From Hemiscyllium ocellatum (taxonomy: Eukaryota): a stretch of DNA of 64,000 nucleotides. Of this stretch, positions 51,061 to 62,280 are shown piece after piece; the stretch's first letter is position 1; every line of letters starts with the position of its first letter. Location: assembly GCF_020745735.1 (NCBI RefSeq), contig NC_083428.1:39928001-39992000 (forward strand), written 5' to 3'. Under the pieces are notes generated by a model, which saw only the letters and a program-made list of their open reading frames with translations, made no database searches and had not been told where the DNA came from. The position numbers and the translations under genes are program-made.

Positions 51061-51974
51061 TATTCCTGTTCTTTCCCTATAGGTTGGTTGCTTTGCTCTC
51101 CTTGAACTATTAAATCAAATTTCTTTTTAAAATAGTATTATTAAAGCTGCAGCTAACATCCAATCAGGCAGTGCACTCTTAATTCCAATCATTCATTGCA
51201 TTGCATGGCCTCTTCAGTTCTTGGAATGAAAAAAACTTTTCCCTATCAGTAACATAATGGTAAGTATCTACAGGTGAGGAGATCAAACACAGCACTCTAC
51301 ATTGAGTAATATTTTAGCAATTCTTAAGTATTTTTAAGAAGATCCTTGAGAAATATTTAAGGGAAGGCAGAACATCATCCATTTTAATTAATTATTGAAT
51401 AGACAACATCTGAGATCAGTGAGTGCGAACATTTTTGGTGCATTCAAAGTGATAGGAAATTTATTCTCAATTGCTGCAGTCCTTTGGGAAAGTGCTGATT
51501 CACTTCTGGAAATTGGGCTTGATTTTAATTTGGGCTAATGGAACATACATGAGCCCTCCAACAGCTATGAGGTCCTCAAAGATAGGGGGGGATTGACTAG
51601 TTTCTTTAAACAACTTCACAAATTTCTTTCAGTAGATTCTCAGGTAATGGCAAAATTCAGAACAAATATTAATGTCTTGTTTCCAGACTCCTTTCAGCTA
51701 TGTACGCAAAGAAACAGAACTCATTCAACCTGGGTAATTCTAATTCAAAGCATCTGATGATGCACCCAAAGGACAGGACATAAACAGGGAAGGAAAGAGT
51801 TATATAATCAAATAATGGCTGGGTTGGATTACAGATCGAAGAGTAAATGAAGCAACAAACTCAAGTTTTCAGTAAATAAAAAGTAATTAGTTGGAGATGG
51901 GGTGATCAATCGTATTTCAATTCGGTGAGCATAAAAGAGGCAAGGGTCTATATAAGGACACGCAGCAGAGTCAC

Positions 51975-52320
51975 TGGGTTATGGACTAGACATCCGGAGG
52001 CCCAGGGTAATGCTCTGGTGACATGAGTTCTAACCTCACCGCAGTGGTTGGTAAAATTTAAATTCAGTTAATAAAATCTGGAATTTAAAGACAGTCACAG
52101 TTCTGGTCACCATGAAAACAAACATCGATACACCATGATTGCTGTAAAAACCCACCTGGTTCATAGATTCTCTTCAGGAAGAGAACTCTCTTTCTTACCT
52201 GGTCTGACTTACATATAACTCCAGACGTACAGTAATGTTTTTGATTCTTAACCATCCTCTGAAAGGACCTAACAAGTCAAAGGCAATTGGGGATTAGCAA
52301 CAAATGATGACCTCACCAAC
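51975..52320 (+). mobile_element. Deu-domain SINE
   Basis: tRNA-like head, Deu domain, tail GGCAATTGGGGATTAGCAACAAATG. Confidence 0.7.
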
Positions 52321-52689
52321 AATTCCCTCATCTCATAAAAGCTTTTTAAAAATTCATTAATTGGAGTTTAAATATATTTGGGTGTCTAATCACTCAAATA
52401 TCACAGCGGAATAGGAGAGCCCTGATTGCCAAAGTGAGAAAAAAAATCTATTAATCCCACCAAACAGGCTCAGAATTGGCCTAAAACATTTATCAGTAGA
52501 ACTTACCATCTACAAAATAATTTCTCATCTCATTGTTCGCCCCAGCTCCACTTCTAAGTCAGGTTTGCTGAGAAAGCACTGGACGTGATATACAGGACAC
52601 CTGCTAGCTTCAGTAGGGGTAGTTGGGGGAAGATCTTGAGATGGTCTAAGCTCCATTTGGAGATAGCAATAACACTTTCTTTAAATTGT

Positions 52690-55600
52690 TTTCCCAGTTC
52701 CAAACTGGAATGAGAAACAGAGCAGGTCACAGTATCAGGCAGATCTGGTTTCCAGGTCAGTTATTCGTGTCCATGTATTGTGCTGAACAAGTGCACTGGA
52801 CCACCCAAATCACTGAACAAGTAATGACTACAAAGTGCAGTGGGGCACAGATATCTCCTGAATTTGATGTTCCAGTGATTGGAAGCTAAGGTATTGTATA
52901 GTTCAGAATGATGTAGAGCACAGGAGACTACTGTGCTCAGTGTAACTGAACTGGTGATGTACACATCCCACATGTGCGCCCAAAGACACTGAAAATATAT
53001 GATGATGTTAGTGATGCCAGTGGGCTGATGTAATGCTAGGTTGAAAAATATTAGTTGAAAATGTGCTGGCAACGTTGTCCTTATTCACTCCTATAACAAG
53101 AATTATAGAGCAAGATGGACCCTGTTGTGGTATTGTTCAAAGGCTCACTTTACAAGTAGGAGATGAAGTGCTTCAGACTTTTTGTTCAGGCAAACTTTGT
53201 TAAAGCACTGTGGTGAGTTGCTGGAAGACCTTTCTTGACTTATTTTGTTGATTGCAGGTAGATAGAATATCACATTTCTGTGTATTGGTATTGAACTAGT
53301 GAGTATTGTGGTTCTTGCTTTCTTTGAAACAAGAGCAGAACATGTCAAGGAATATTCAAGGAGGGGGGTCAGGGACAAGGTGCTACCCACAAACAACTTT
53401 TAGGTTCACCACAAGAACAGCACCTTTGGAGTTTTTTTTGTCACAGAAGTGCTGTCTCCATCATGTGGATCTAGAACCTTAAATAGCATGAAGTGGCTGT
53501 AAAGAACAGACACCATCACATTTAATGCTGTGGCATCCTTCCAGGTGGTGTCACAATCTGCAGTACACAGAACCATCAGGGATGTTACAGAAGCCTTGTG
53601 CAGAAAAAAAAGGGACGTCATTCACTTCTTAGAAGATGAGAAAGCATATCAATCTGTTTAGACAGTGGGCTTTCTGACAATTCAGGCATCATCTGCTGTA
53701 CACAAGTGGCTGCAGGTCTCTGATGACGATGGGGATAATACTGCAATTCAGTCAATACACAGTTGGTGCGAGAAGGACTAGCTCTATGTACAACACTGTG
53801 GAGCATGCCATCAGTTTTCTAAGGCAACAGCTTGGCTGCTTGGGGCAGGGATGGAAATCTCTGAAATACAGACCTGAGAGGATGTCTGTGTTTAGGATTG
53901 CGTACTATATTCTACACAACCATACAACTCTGAAGGCCCAGCTGCAACCTCCCTGGATTTTAAGGGCAGGAAGCAGAGGAATGAGGAAAGGAGGTGACCA
54001 CATCTATCATGTACAATTAGACAAGAGGAATTTGCATTCTAATGAAGAGTCACTGGATTTGAAACTTGAACTCTGCTTTCTCCCCATAGATGCGGCCAGA
54101 TCTACTGAGTTTCACAAGCAATTTGTTTTTGTTGAAGTGGACTTTGGGATTTGCTTTGCTTGAAATTAACCTACATTTGCAAGGCCACACCACTGCATCT
54201 GTTTCAGACTTCCAAACAAAATCTTCACCTGACCAACATTATTAAATAAAGATCAACAGTAAAAACCTTCAGTAGACAACATTTTTGACAGATATGTAAA
54301 TAACACATTCTCTTTGTGCTGTTTTGCAGGAACCTTGCATCTGTTAGTCCTTCTAAGCAGTGCCATTCCAGGAGCTGCAATTGGTGGAAGGCTGTGGATA
54401 TTGTAAATGGCCTCGCAATGTGCTTGACCAGTTTCAGATGCAGAACTGGATTGCGCCACCACACAACAAGTGACAGCAGTCTGAGCTGGGCTGGCCAAGA
54501 GACGACAGCAGGGGCACTGGCAGAGTAGCATGAACTTTACTATCATGAGAAAAGGAGGAAATTTCAGGCTCCACATTGATACTTCTATTCCCTTATGTTG
54601 CACTTGAACAATTGTTATAATTTCCCTGAACATATTAAGCACCAAGATCAGTGTCCACTTTGTGCGTGAATGACATGAGTCTGGGGATTGCATGCTTTCC
54701 CAAGACAGCAGGAGGCCTCTGCCTGTGCTATAATTGCAACCGAATAATGTCCAGAATTTTGTTCACTATGGGTTAGTACGTGTTGTTATAGAGTAGCTAC
54801 TACTTCTAATAGAAAGAATGTGTCCAAGCACTGTACCACATTGGAACTGGACTGCCCCAAACATCTGGTCAGTGACAGGAAGCTGAAACAGACAGAATGG
54901 TGGAGGAACTCAAGAGGTTTGGCAGCAACTGCGGAAAGAGAGTTAACTTTTTGGGTTTGGTATGACTTTTTCAGAACTGTTCTGAAAAGGTCATACTGGA
55001 CTCGAAATGTGAATTCTGTTTCTCTCTCCACAGATGCCGTCAGACCTGCACCATTCGGTTTTTATTTCAGATTTTCAGCATCTGCAGTAAAATGCTTTTA
55101 GACAGCAACATTAAGCTGCTTGGGAAATTTACCAATGCGCTAAACATACTGGTGTACAGTTCCAAGTATCTTCTCAAAGTTTGTCACAATGCGGTCACCA
55201 TGAGCTCCCTGTGGTATAACTGGTGTGTGACATCACTCTCTGGGGAGCTTGCACATGAACTGACCATACCTAACTGTAGGCTGTGCCTGGCTACTCACCA
55301 TATGCCAACATCAACTCCATACTAGCCTCAAGATACGCATGGTGCCAATAGCTGAGCTAGACGCTGTATGTGGAGGATCAAACAATGTTGCTTCTTCCTC
55401 AGAGATCTCTCGTCTTACTTTTGCCTGAGCAGCTGGCAGTTCTTGACTACCTGAAAGTACAAAAGTATCAAGGAAAGGTGTAGGATATGGAGGAAATCAG
55501 GAAGCCTCTGGTCACTCCAGCTGGTGTGGAAAATGTAGAAGCTTACCATGGATGACCTTGGCAGCATCAGGTGGTACTAACTTTGTGGCACCAATGTCCA

Positions 55601-56270
55601 TAGTCTTACGAACATCTTCTCAAGGATGATGGATGCATTCTGTTCCTCTGGCAGTCCCTTGTGTCTACTTTCATATGGCCTTCTCCTGGAAGAGAGTGGC
55701 GAGATTATCTAACTACATTACTGGAATTAGGATGTACCCAACATACTGAATAGCTGCAATCTAAGAGGTGTAAGATGTGAGGTGCAGATGAATTGACTAA
55801 CCTTGACCACCTGACAGAACTCATTACACTTGCTGGATCTGCTACCATATTCTGGAAGCTATGATTTGCACTAAGCCATCCTGCTGTTCTCTGAAGAGAT
55901 TCAGTCTTCAGTTTCCACCTCTCTGACCAGTATTTCAAGGGTGATGCCACTAAAACTTGGAGACCTTTCCATTGCCAGGAGTCCCTTCTTCTCCATCAAT
56001 GCTTCTATGACTCTCCAGCATCCCGCTGTGTATTGCTGAAACCTTCCTATTATTGTAAAAGGGTAAGTTACCTACAGCACCTGCTTACAATGCTGCTAGT
56101 TACCTACAGACTGCTAAGGAAACTGTGAATATCCAGTTCAGCACAGGAACCACTTGTGGCCACAAGTTTTACTTCCTGACCACTTTGCTTCCAATCGGGG
56201 TGAACAGGTTCTGAATCAGGGTCCCCACTTCCAAAATTCAGGGCACAGGAATTTCTAGTGCAATGCAATA
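52690..56270 (+). mobile_element. Degraded Harbinger/PIF transposon (HARBI1-like nuclease about 53250-53950 on +)
   Basis: SFQVVSQSAVHRTIRDVTEAL (about 53535-53600) and YNTVEHAISFLRQQLGCL...KYRPERMS...ILHN (ORF 53723-54163). Boundaries uncertain. Confidence 0.6.
54880..55095. mobile_element. Palindromic Penelope-end mini-element (third family); related half-copies at about 54020-54135 and 56280-56385
   Basis: Central 18-bp arms (17/18) at 54960-54996; core CTGAAAAGGTCATACTGGACTCGAAA; tail CAGCATCTGCAGT. Confidence 0.6.
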
Positions 56271-57176
56271 ATATAAAATAAAGAATGGCAGTTGCTGGAG
56301 ACCTGAAACAAAGACAGAAAGCCAGAGGTCTGGCAGCATCTATGGAGAGATAACAGAGTTAATGCTCAGAGTCCAGTCACAGGTCAAAAATTAATGAGAA
56401 AGTAGGTCAAAATGTGACAACAGGAAGTAAGGTTTTGTAGACAAAAAAAATCATGTCTTCATCAGGCTTTTAAAAAGAAATGCTGTGAATAAGGAAAAAA
56501 AACTTGTCAATCTTCAGCTTGCTTACAAAAGCATACTTCCTGTTTTTCATATCATTTTATTCTATTGTAAATTCATGTAGCACATAGGAGAGTTGAAGGA
56601 CTTCAGTAGTGTGCACTAACTCGAGAGGTTTAGTTTGTTCTTCCTAGAGTATAGCAGGTTAAAGGTCAATTTAATGTAAGTGTTCAAAATTATGAAGAAC
56701 CATTAGGGAGAAACAGTCTTCAGTAGCAGGAAGGTCAGTTACCAAGTGTCAATTCAAAGAAGGTGAATCAAAATTATTTAATGCATCAAGTTATGTTCAG
56801 GAATGTGTTGGAAGCAGATCCAATAGTAGCTTTTAATGGAGAACTGGAAAAAAACTTCAATAGAAAAAATATCCATTGGAAAAGAGTGATCTGGCATAAA
56901 CTCAATTGGCACCATTGCTTTCTTCTGTGATGTACCAGCCAACTACTTGTCATTCTGAAATTAGATAATTGGTTATTGGATAATTTTTCTAAAGATAAAA
57001 AATTAAAGATTTTAAACCGAAAATTCCTGATCTGCCATTTTTCAGATGAAAGTTTGTGCTATATAATCATATAGTAAAGACAGCTCTTCGGCCTATTGAA
57101 TTGGCACTATTGGAGTTGCAGCATTTAGCTGGATAGTTTTCTGTTGTTCGCTTTAACTGACAACTAGCCCGGGACT

Positions 57177-57519
57177 TACCACGTAGATGCCAAGGTTAAA
57201 TGGCACAACATCTCTTCTTCCTCAGGCTCAGAAAATTTGGCACGTCCACAAGACCCTCATCAACTTTTACAGATGTATCACTGAAAGCAAACTATCCATG
57301 TGCATAATGGCCTGATATGGCAATTGTTCCACTCAGGACCGTAAGAAACTACAGAAGGCTGTTCGCACAGCCCAGACTCTCATAGGAGCCAATCTTTCAG
57401 CCACGCACTCCATTTACACAATCTGTTGTTGCGGAAAGGCTGCCAACATCAAAGACGCACCGCACCATGGCAATGCTCTCTTACAATCCCTTCCATTTGG
57501 CAGAAGATACAGAAGCTTG

Positions 57520-57554
<35 letters not shown>

Positions 57555-57620
57555 CAGCAGGTTCAAGAAAAGCTTGTTCCCTGCTGTTATTAGCACGATG
57601 AATGGACTAACTTCAAACAA
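57177..57620 (+). mobile_element. Rex1/Babar-type LINE 3' fragment
   Basis: CTCTTCTTCCTCAGG...ACCCTCATCAACTTTTACAGATG...GGACCGTAAGAAACTACAGA...AGCTTGTTCCCTGCTGTTAT resembles Rex1 RT C-terminus and 3' end. Confidence 0.65.
57521..57551. repeat. (AC)15 microsatellite within the Rex1 fragment
   Basis: Direct reading. Confidence 0.95.
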
Positions 57621-57799
57621 TGCTGATTTTGCTAATGTTGATCTTACCTAGTGCACACCCTTTTTCATCCAGAGGGTGATCGGAATGTGGAATGCACTGC
57701 CTGGGGGAAAGTAGACACAGGAAACCTCAACTTTGAAAAGCTCATGGATGGTAACAATCAAGTAGGATTAATGTAAAATATTGTCCAAATTAGTCCTTC

Positions 57800-58570
57800 A
57801 TAGAGTCATTGAGATGTACAGCATGGAAACAGACCCTTTGGTCCAACCCGTCTATGCCGGCCCGATATACCAACCCAATCTAGTTCCACCTGCCAGCACC
57901 CGGCCCATATCCCTCCAAACCCTTCCTATTCATATACCCATCCAAATGCCTCTTAAATGGTGCAATTGTACCAGCCTCCACCACATCCTCTGGCAGCTCA
58001 TTCCACACACGTACCACCCCCTGCGTGAAAAAGTTGCCCCTTAGGTCTCTTTTATATCTTTTCCCTCTCACCCTAAATCTATGCCCTCTAGTTCTGGACT
58101 CCCCAACCCCAGGGAAAAGACTTTGCCTATTTATCCTATCCATGCCCCTCATAATTTTGTAAACCTCTATAAGGTCACCCCTCAGCCTCAGACGCTCCAA
58201 GGAAAACAGCCCCAGCCTGTTCAGCCTCTCCCTATAGCTCAGATCCTCCAACCCTGGCAACATCCTTGTAAATCTTTTCTGAACCCTTTTAAGTTTCACA
58301 ACATCTTTCCGATTGGAAGGAGACCAGAATTGCACACAATATTCCAACAGTGGCCTAACCAATGTCCTTTACAGCCGCAACATGACCTCCCAACTACTGT
58401 ACTCAATACTCTGACCAATAATGGAAAGCATACCAAACGCCTTCTTCACTATCCTATCTACCTGCGACTCCATTTTCAAGGAGCTATGAACCTGCACTCC
58501 AAGGTCTCTTTGTTCAGCAACACTCCCTAGGACCTTACCATTAAGCATATAAGATTTGCTTTCCCAAAAT
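57800..58570 (-). mobile_element. Young CR1 3' fragment with an intact 160-aa RT C-terminus
   Basis: MVRPLLEYCVQFWSPSNRKDVVKLKRVQKRFTRMLPG... Confidence 0.9.
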
Positions 58571-59054
58571 GCAGCACTTCCACAAAATAATGTGAACAAA
58601 AATATGTTTACCAAGTGAACTGTCCATTTTTTCACACCTTTTATCAAAGTTTTTGTTGGAAGACTCTGTCTACCAAAGATAAGTTCAAATGTAAGATAAT
58701 GAGCTGAATTTGCATTTTGAGATTTTTAAAAGAAAAACTAAGTTGTTTAACAGGGGAAAAAATATAAACATTGCAATTTTGTAGATTTACTTTGACTATA
58801 ACTTTCAGAACTTATCCTAAGTTGTGGAAGAGAAAATGACCACACTTTCTAATGTTAATGCTAGTTAAAATGTTGTAATTAGAGACTAATAACCACTTAT
58901 TTTTGTTGACATTGTTAATTAAAATTAATAATCTAAAATGTATTTTATTCTATTAATTAGAAAAAATATAAACTTGAAAAATGTCCTAACTTACTCCAGA
59001 GAAACATTGTAGAAGGGAGAAGATGCTCAAGAGTGAGGAGTCTCAGGAGAACAC

Positions 59055-59455
59055 ATTGAATAGAATAGAATCCCTACAGTGTGGATCCAGGCCCTTTGGC
59101 CCAACAAGTCCACAATGACCCTCTGAAGAGTAACCCACCCGGATCCATTCCACAAACCTAATGCTCTATATTTACCACTGACAATTGCACCTACCCTACA
59201 CATCCTTGAACACTAGGAGCAATTTAGCTTGGCCAATTCACCTAACCTGCACATCTTTGAATTTTGCGAAGAAACCGGAGCACCTGGAGGAAGCCAACGC
59301 CGACATGGGAAGAATTTGAAAACTCCAAGCGGACAGTCACCCAAGGCTGGATTCGAACCTGGGTCTGGCAGGCAGCAGTGCTAAGAACTAAACTAACAGT
59401 TGCTTTCCCAGCAACACACTCACGACTCAAACCACTGAGCCACTGTGCTGCCCTG
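59055..59455 (-). mobile_element. HE1-type SINE with an extra ~46 bp in the tRNA head
   Basis: Family sequence with extra bases at about 59384-59429. Confidence 0.8.
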
Positions 59456-60198
59456 CAGCATGAGTGGCAATTTCAAAAAGGGGACCAGTAAAGTGCTCAA
59501 GATGTGAGATATAGGTTTTAAACCCCCTTTCTTAGGCTTTGAAGTTTATACTCAAATAAATTTATGGTCTTCGTAATTAGTGTGCTCCTTCTTATTAAAG
59601 ATTTGTAGCAGCTTCCTACTGACATTTTCAATTGTCATAGGCTCTTGACAATCTCACATGTGGGGATGGACAAAAGCACAGTTGGAGAGAGAAAAGGCAA
59701 CAGTGCTTGAAGGAACGCATAACAGACAGCCTTGTAATTACTATTTGGCTGGACAAGAGATTTTTTTTGAAGAAGTAATTTTCAAATAATGGCAAAACCT
59801 TGTTACTTTCAATCTGGGAAAGAGAAGATTCGAGACTATTTATCTTTTAACAAAGTCTAATTAATGCAGAAGTTATTTTCTAATTGAAGAATTAACGCTT
59901 ACGTACTTTTAAAAAAAATTGGCTGGAGGTGGGAGAAAGCCACAGGTTGAGAAGGAGCAGAGGCAAATATAGAATTGTCTGACAACAACCTGAGAACAGT
60001 GGGATATGGATAAGTTTGAACGATTCTATTGCCCTACATCAGTAAGCAGGTGTGAGCATTGACATGAATTACTTCCCTCCTTGAATAGTTATGCTGTCAT
60101 TCGGGCATGATGTTTATACAGTGGTGGTGGTTTGGTCAACTAAAATTGCGAAGGGGTCGGTTGTGACTTGACCACCCAAGTACAGATTTTTGATCTTG

Positions 60199-61141
60199 TG
60201 TTAAAATGATGATGTGGGTGTGCTCTACCTTTAAATAAGTTAAAAGCTAGCAGAACTACCTGACAGCACCAAGTGCCCTGAACACGATATAATGTAACCT
60301 TTTGGTCCAGCAGCTAGCGTAGCTGGTTGCCTGGAGACAAAAATCTAGTTAATTTTTACTTTAAGTAGTGACCTTTGGGATAGTTCTCGGCCTCTCAAAT
60401 TTTCATAGATTACAAAAAGGGATAAGTCTTTTCTGCGTTGCTGGTTTACATTCAGAGGATTCTCCCAAACTGTTACAACACAGGTAAATCTGTGCTGTAA
60501 TCTGTGAAAATTTGAGAGGCCAAGAACTATTCCAAAGGTCACTATTTAAAGTAAAAATTAACAACTTTATTTCTTAAAGTATACAGAGAATAATTAACTA
60601 ACAATTATTTACAACTCCTTTCTCTAACCTATCTTTTACCTTCCCCTTCTACAATACTAGTCTGATAAAACCCCCAATTAAGATTTACCAAAAATTCAAA
60701 TTTCAAAACCTGCCAGCTGTTGAAACTTCTCTTTGTATATCTTCCAGACTCCTTTTCTTATTCTTAGGAATTGCTGATAGATAAAGGTATCTTTAAGAGA
60801 GCTATTCTCCAGGCAGTCTGCATGTGCTGGTAGCTTGGCAGTTCTCCCTCAACTGTTCAATTTCCACTGGTCTCACACCCCCAAACATCAGATTGTGTCA
60901 TTGGCTTTTAATATTATCAATATACTAAATTCAAACTTGAACAGAGTTTGGTTTTCTTTTGGGTATAATTTAAACTGTTTGGCCTAATTCAAATTTGTTT
61001 TTGTCTCCAGGCAATCAGCTACACTAGCTGCTGGACCAAAAAGTGTTACATTATATCTTGTTCGGAACACTTGATACTGTCAGGTAGTTCTGCTAGCTTT
61101 TAACTTTCTTCAAAGTACAGTACATCCACATCTTCATAACA
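60199..61141. mobile_element. 943-bp non-coding element with ~145-bp terminal inverted repeats and TGTTA...TAACA ends
   Basis: 60199-60343 is the reverse complement (about 85%) of 60998-61141. Confidence 0.75.
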
Positions 61142-61999
61142 ATTCACATTTATGCCAGAATCTAGTTAGCATAGCCCATGTAAGAATGGGGCTTTACAAG
61201 GCTTGTGGCACAGAGATGGCAGTGAATAAATGCACAACTTAATGTAAGTGATGGGATAAAGAGAATATTAGTGACATTGAAGGACAGTGGAAGGGAGTTT
61301 GTGAGGGACTTTGTTTCTCCCCCCCCACAACCTTATCATATTGTAACTTCTTTCTTCACTATACCCTGCCAGATATTCATTATTTATCATCCAGAAGAAA
61401 GCAAGAAAGATACAAGCAGAAGAGGAGAGAAAGAGGGAAGTCAGGAACAGAGAAGCACACGAGAAAACAAAAGATACAGACGCAGGATGGGAAAAGCAAA
61501 AAAGCAAAGCAAAAATTACAGACAGAGATCATTCAAGCCCTCTAACTGATCATATCCAATTACATCAGACATCACATTGCAAAGCAACAATTTCACATAA
61601 TGCTGCAAAATCCAAACGTGAAACTCCAGTCTGTATTAACCTCATTGACAAATAGTTTTGAGGTATCATTAACTCTATGACAGTGTAATGAAGTAGTATA
61701 TGTTCCCAAGAGGCTCAATGTAAAAGTGTAATGGGAAGAATAGCTAAGCTATATCCAAGATTAAGTGCCACTTCTAGTGATCTGAATTTCTCTCACTTGA
61801 TTGGGTACAGTCAGTTAGATGGGAAATGGATAGGGGAAAGGCATTGCGGATTTACATTACAATCAATCCTGTAAATGCATTTTATTGCTTCCTTCCAGTG
61901 TTTTCTCTGGTTCTGATGCAACTTAAAAACTCCAACTTTTTGGTAAAACTTCTTGGGCTTTCAACAGAGGAGAATGTCAACGGAGAAGTGTTCGAATAG

Positions 62000-62280
62000 T
62001 GGTAGTGCGCGAGTAATCCAGGGGCCCAGGTTAATGCTGTGGGAATCAGAGTACAAATTCCACTATGCCGATATTGGTATTTGAATTCAATGAAAATCTG
62101 GAACTAAAAGCTTGCCAAATGGCAACCATGTAAATACTGTTGATTGCTCACCAATTGCCTTTAAAAAGGGAATCTGCCATCTTTACCCTTTCTAGACTAC
62201 ACGTGGATCCAGAACAATGGCAATGACGGATCGTCAATAAGTACTAGTTTAGCCAGAGACACCCACATCCTACGATAAAA
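62000..62280 (+). mobile_element. Deu-domain SINE (partially deleted)
   Basis: Head GTAATCCAGGGGCCCAGGTTAATGC; GGGAATCTGCCATC; tail AATAAGTACTAG...CACCCACATCC. Confidence 0.65.
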
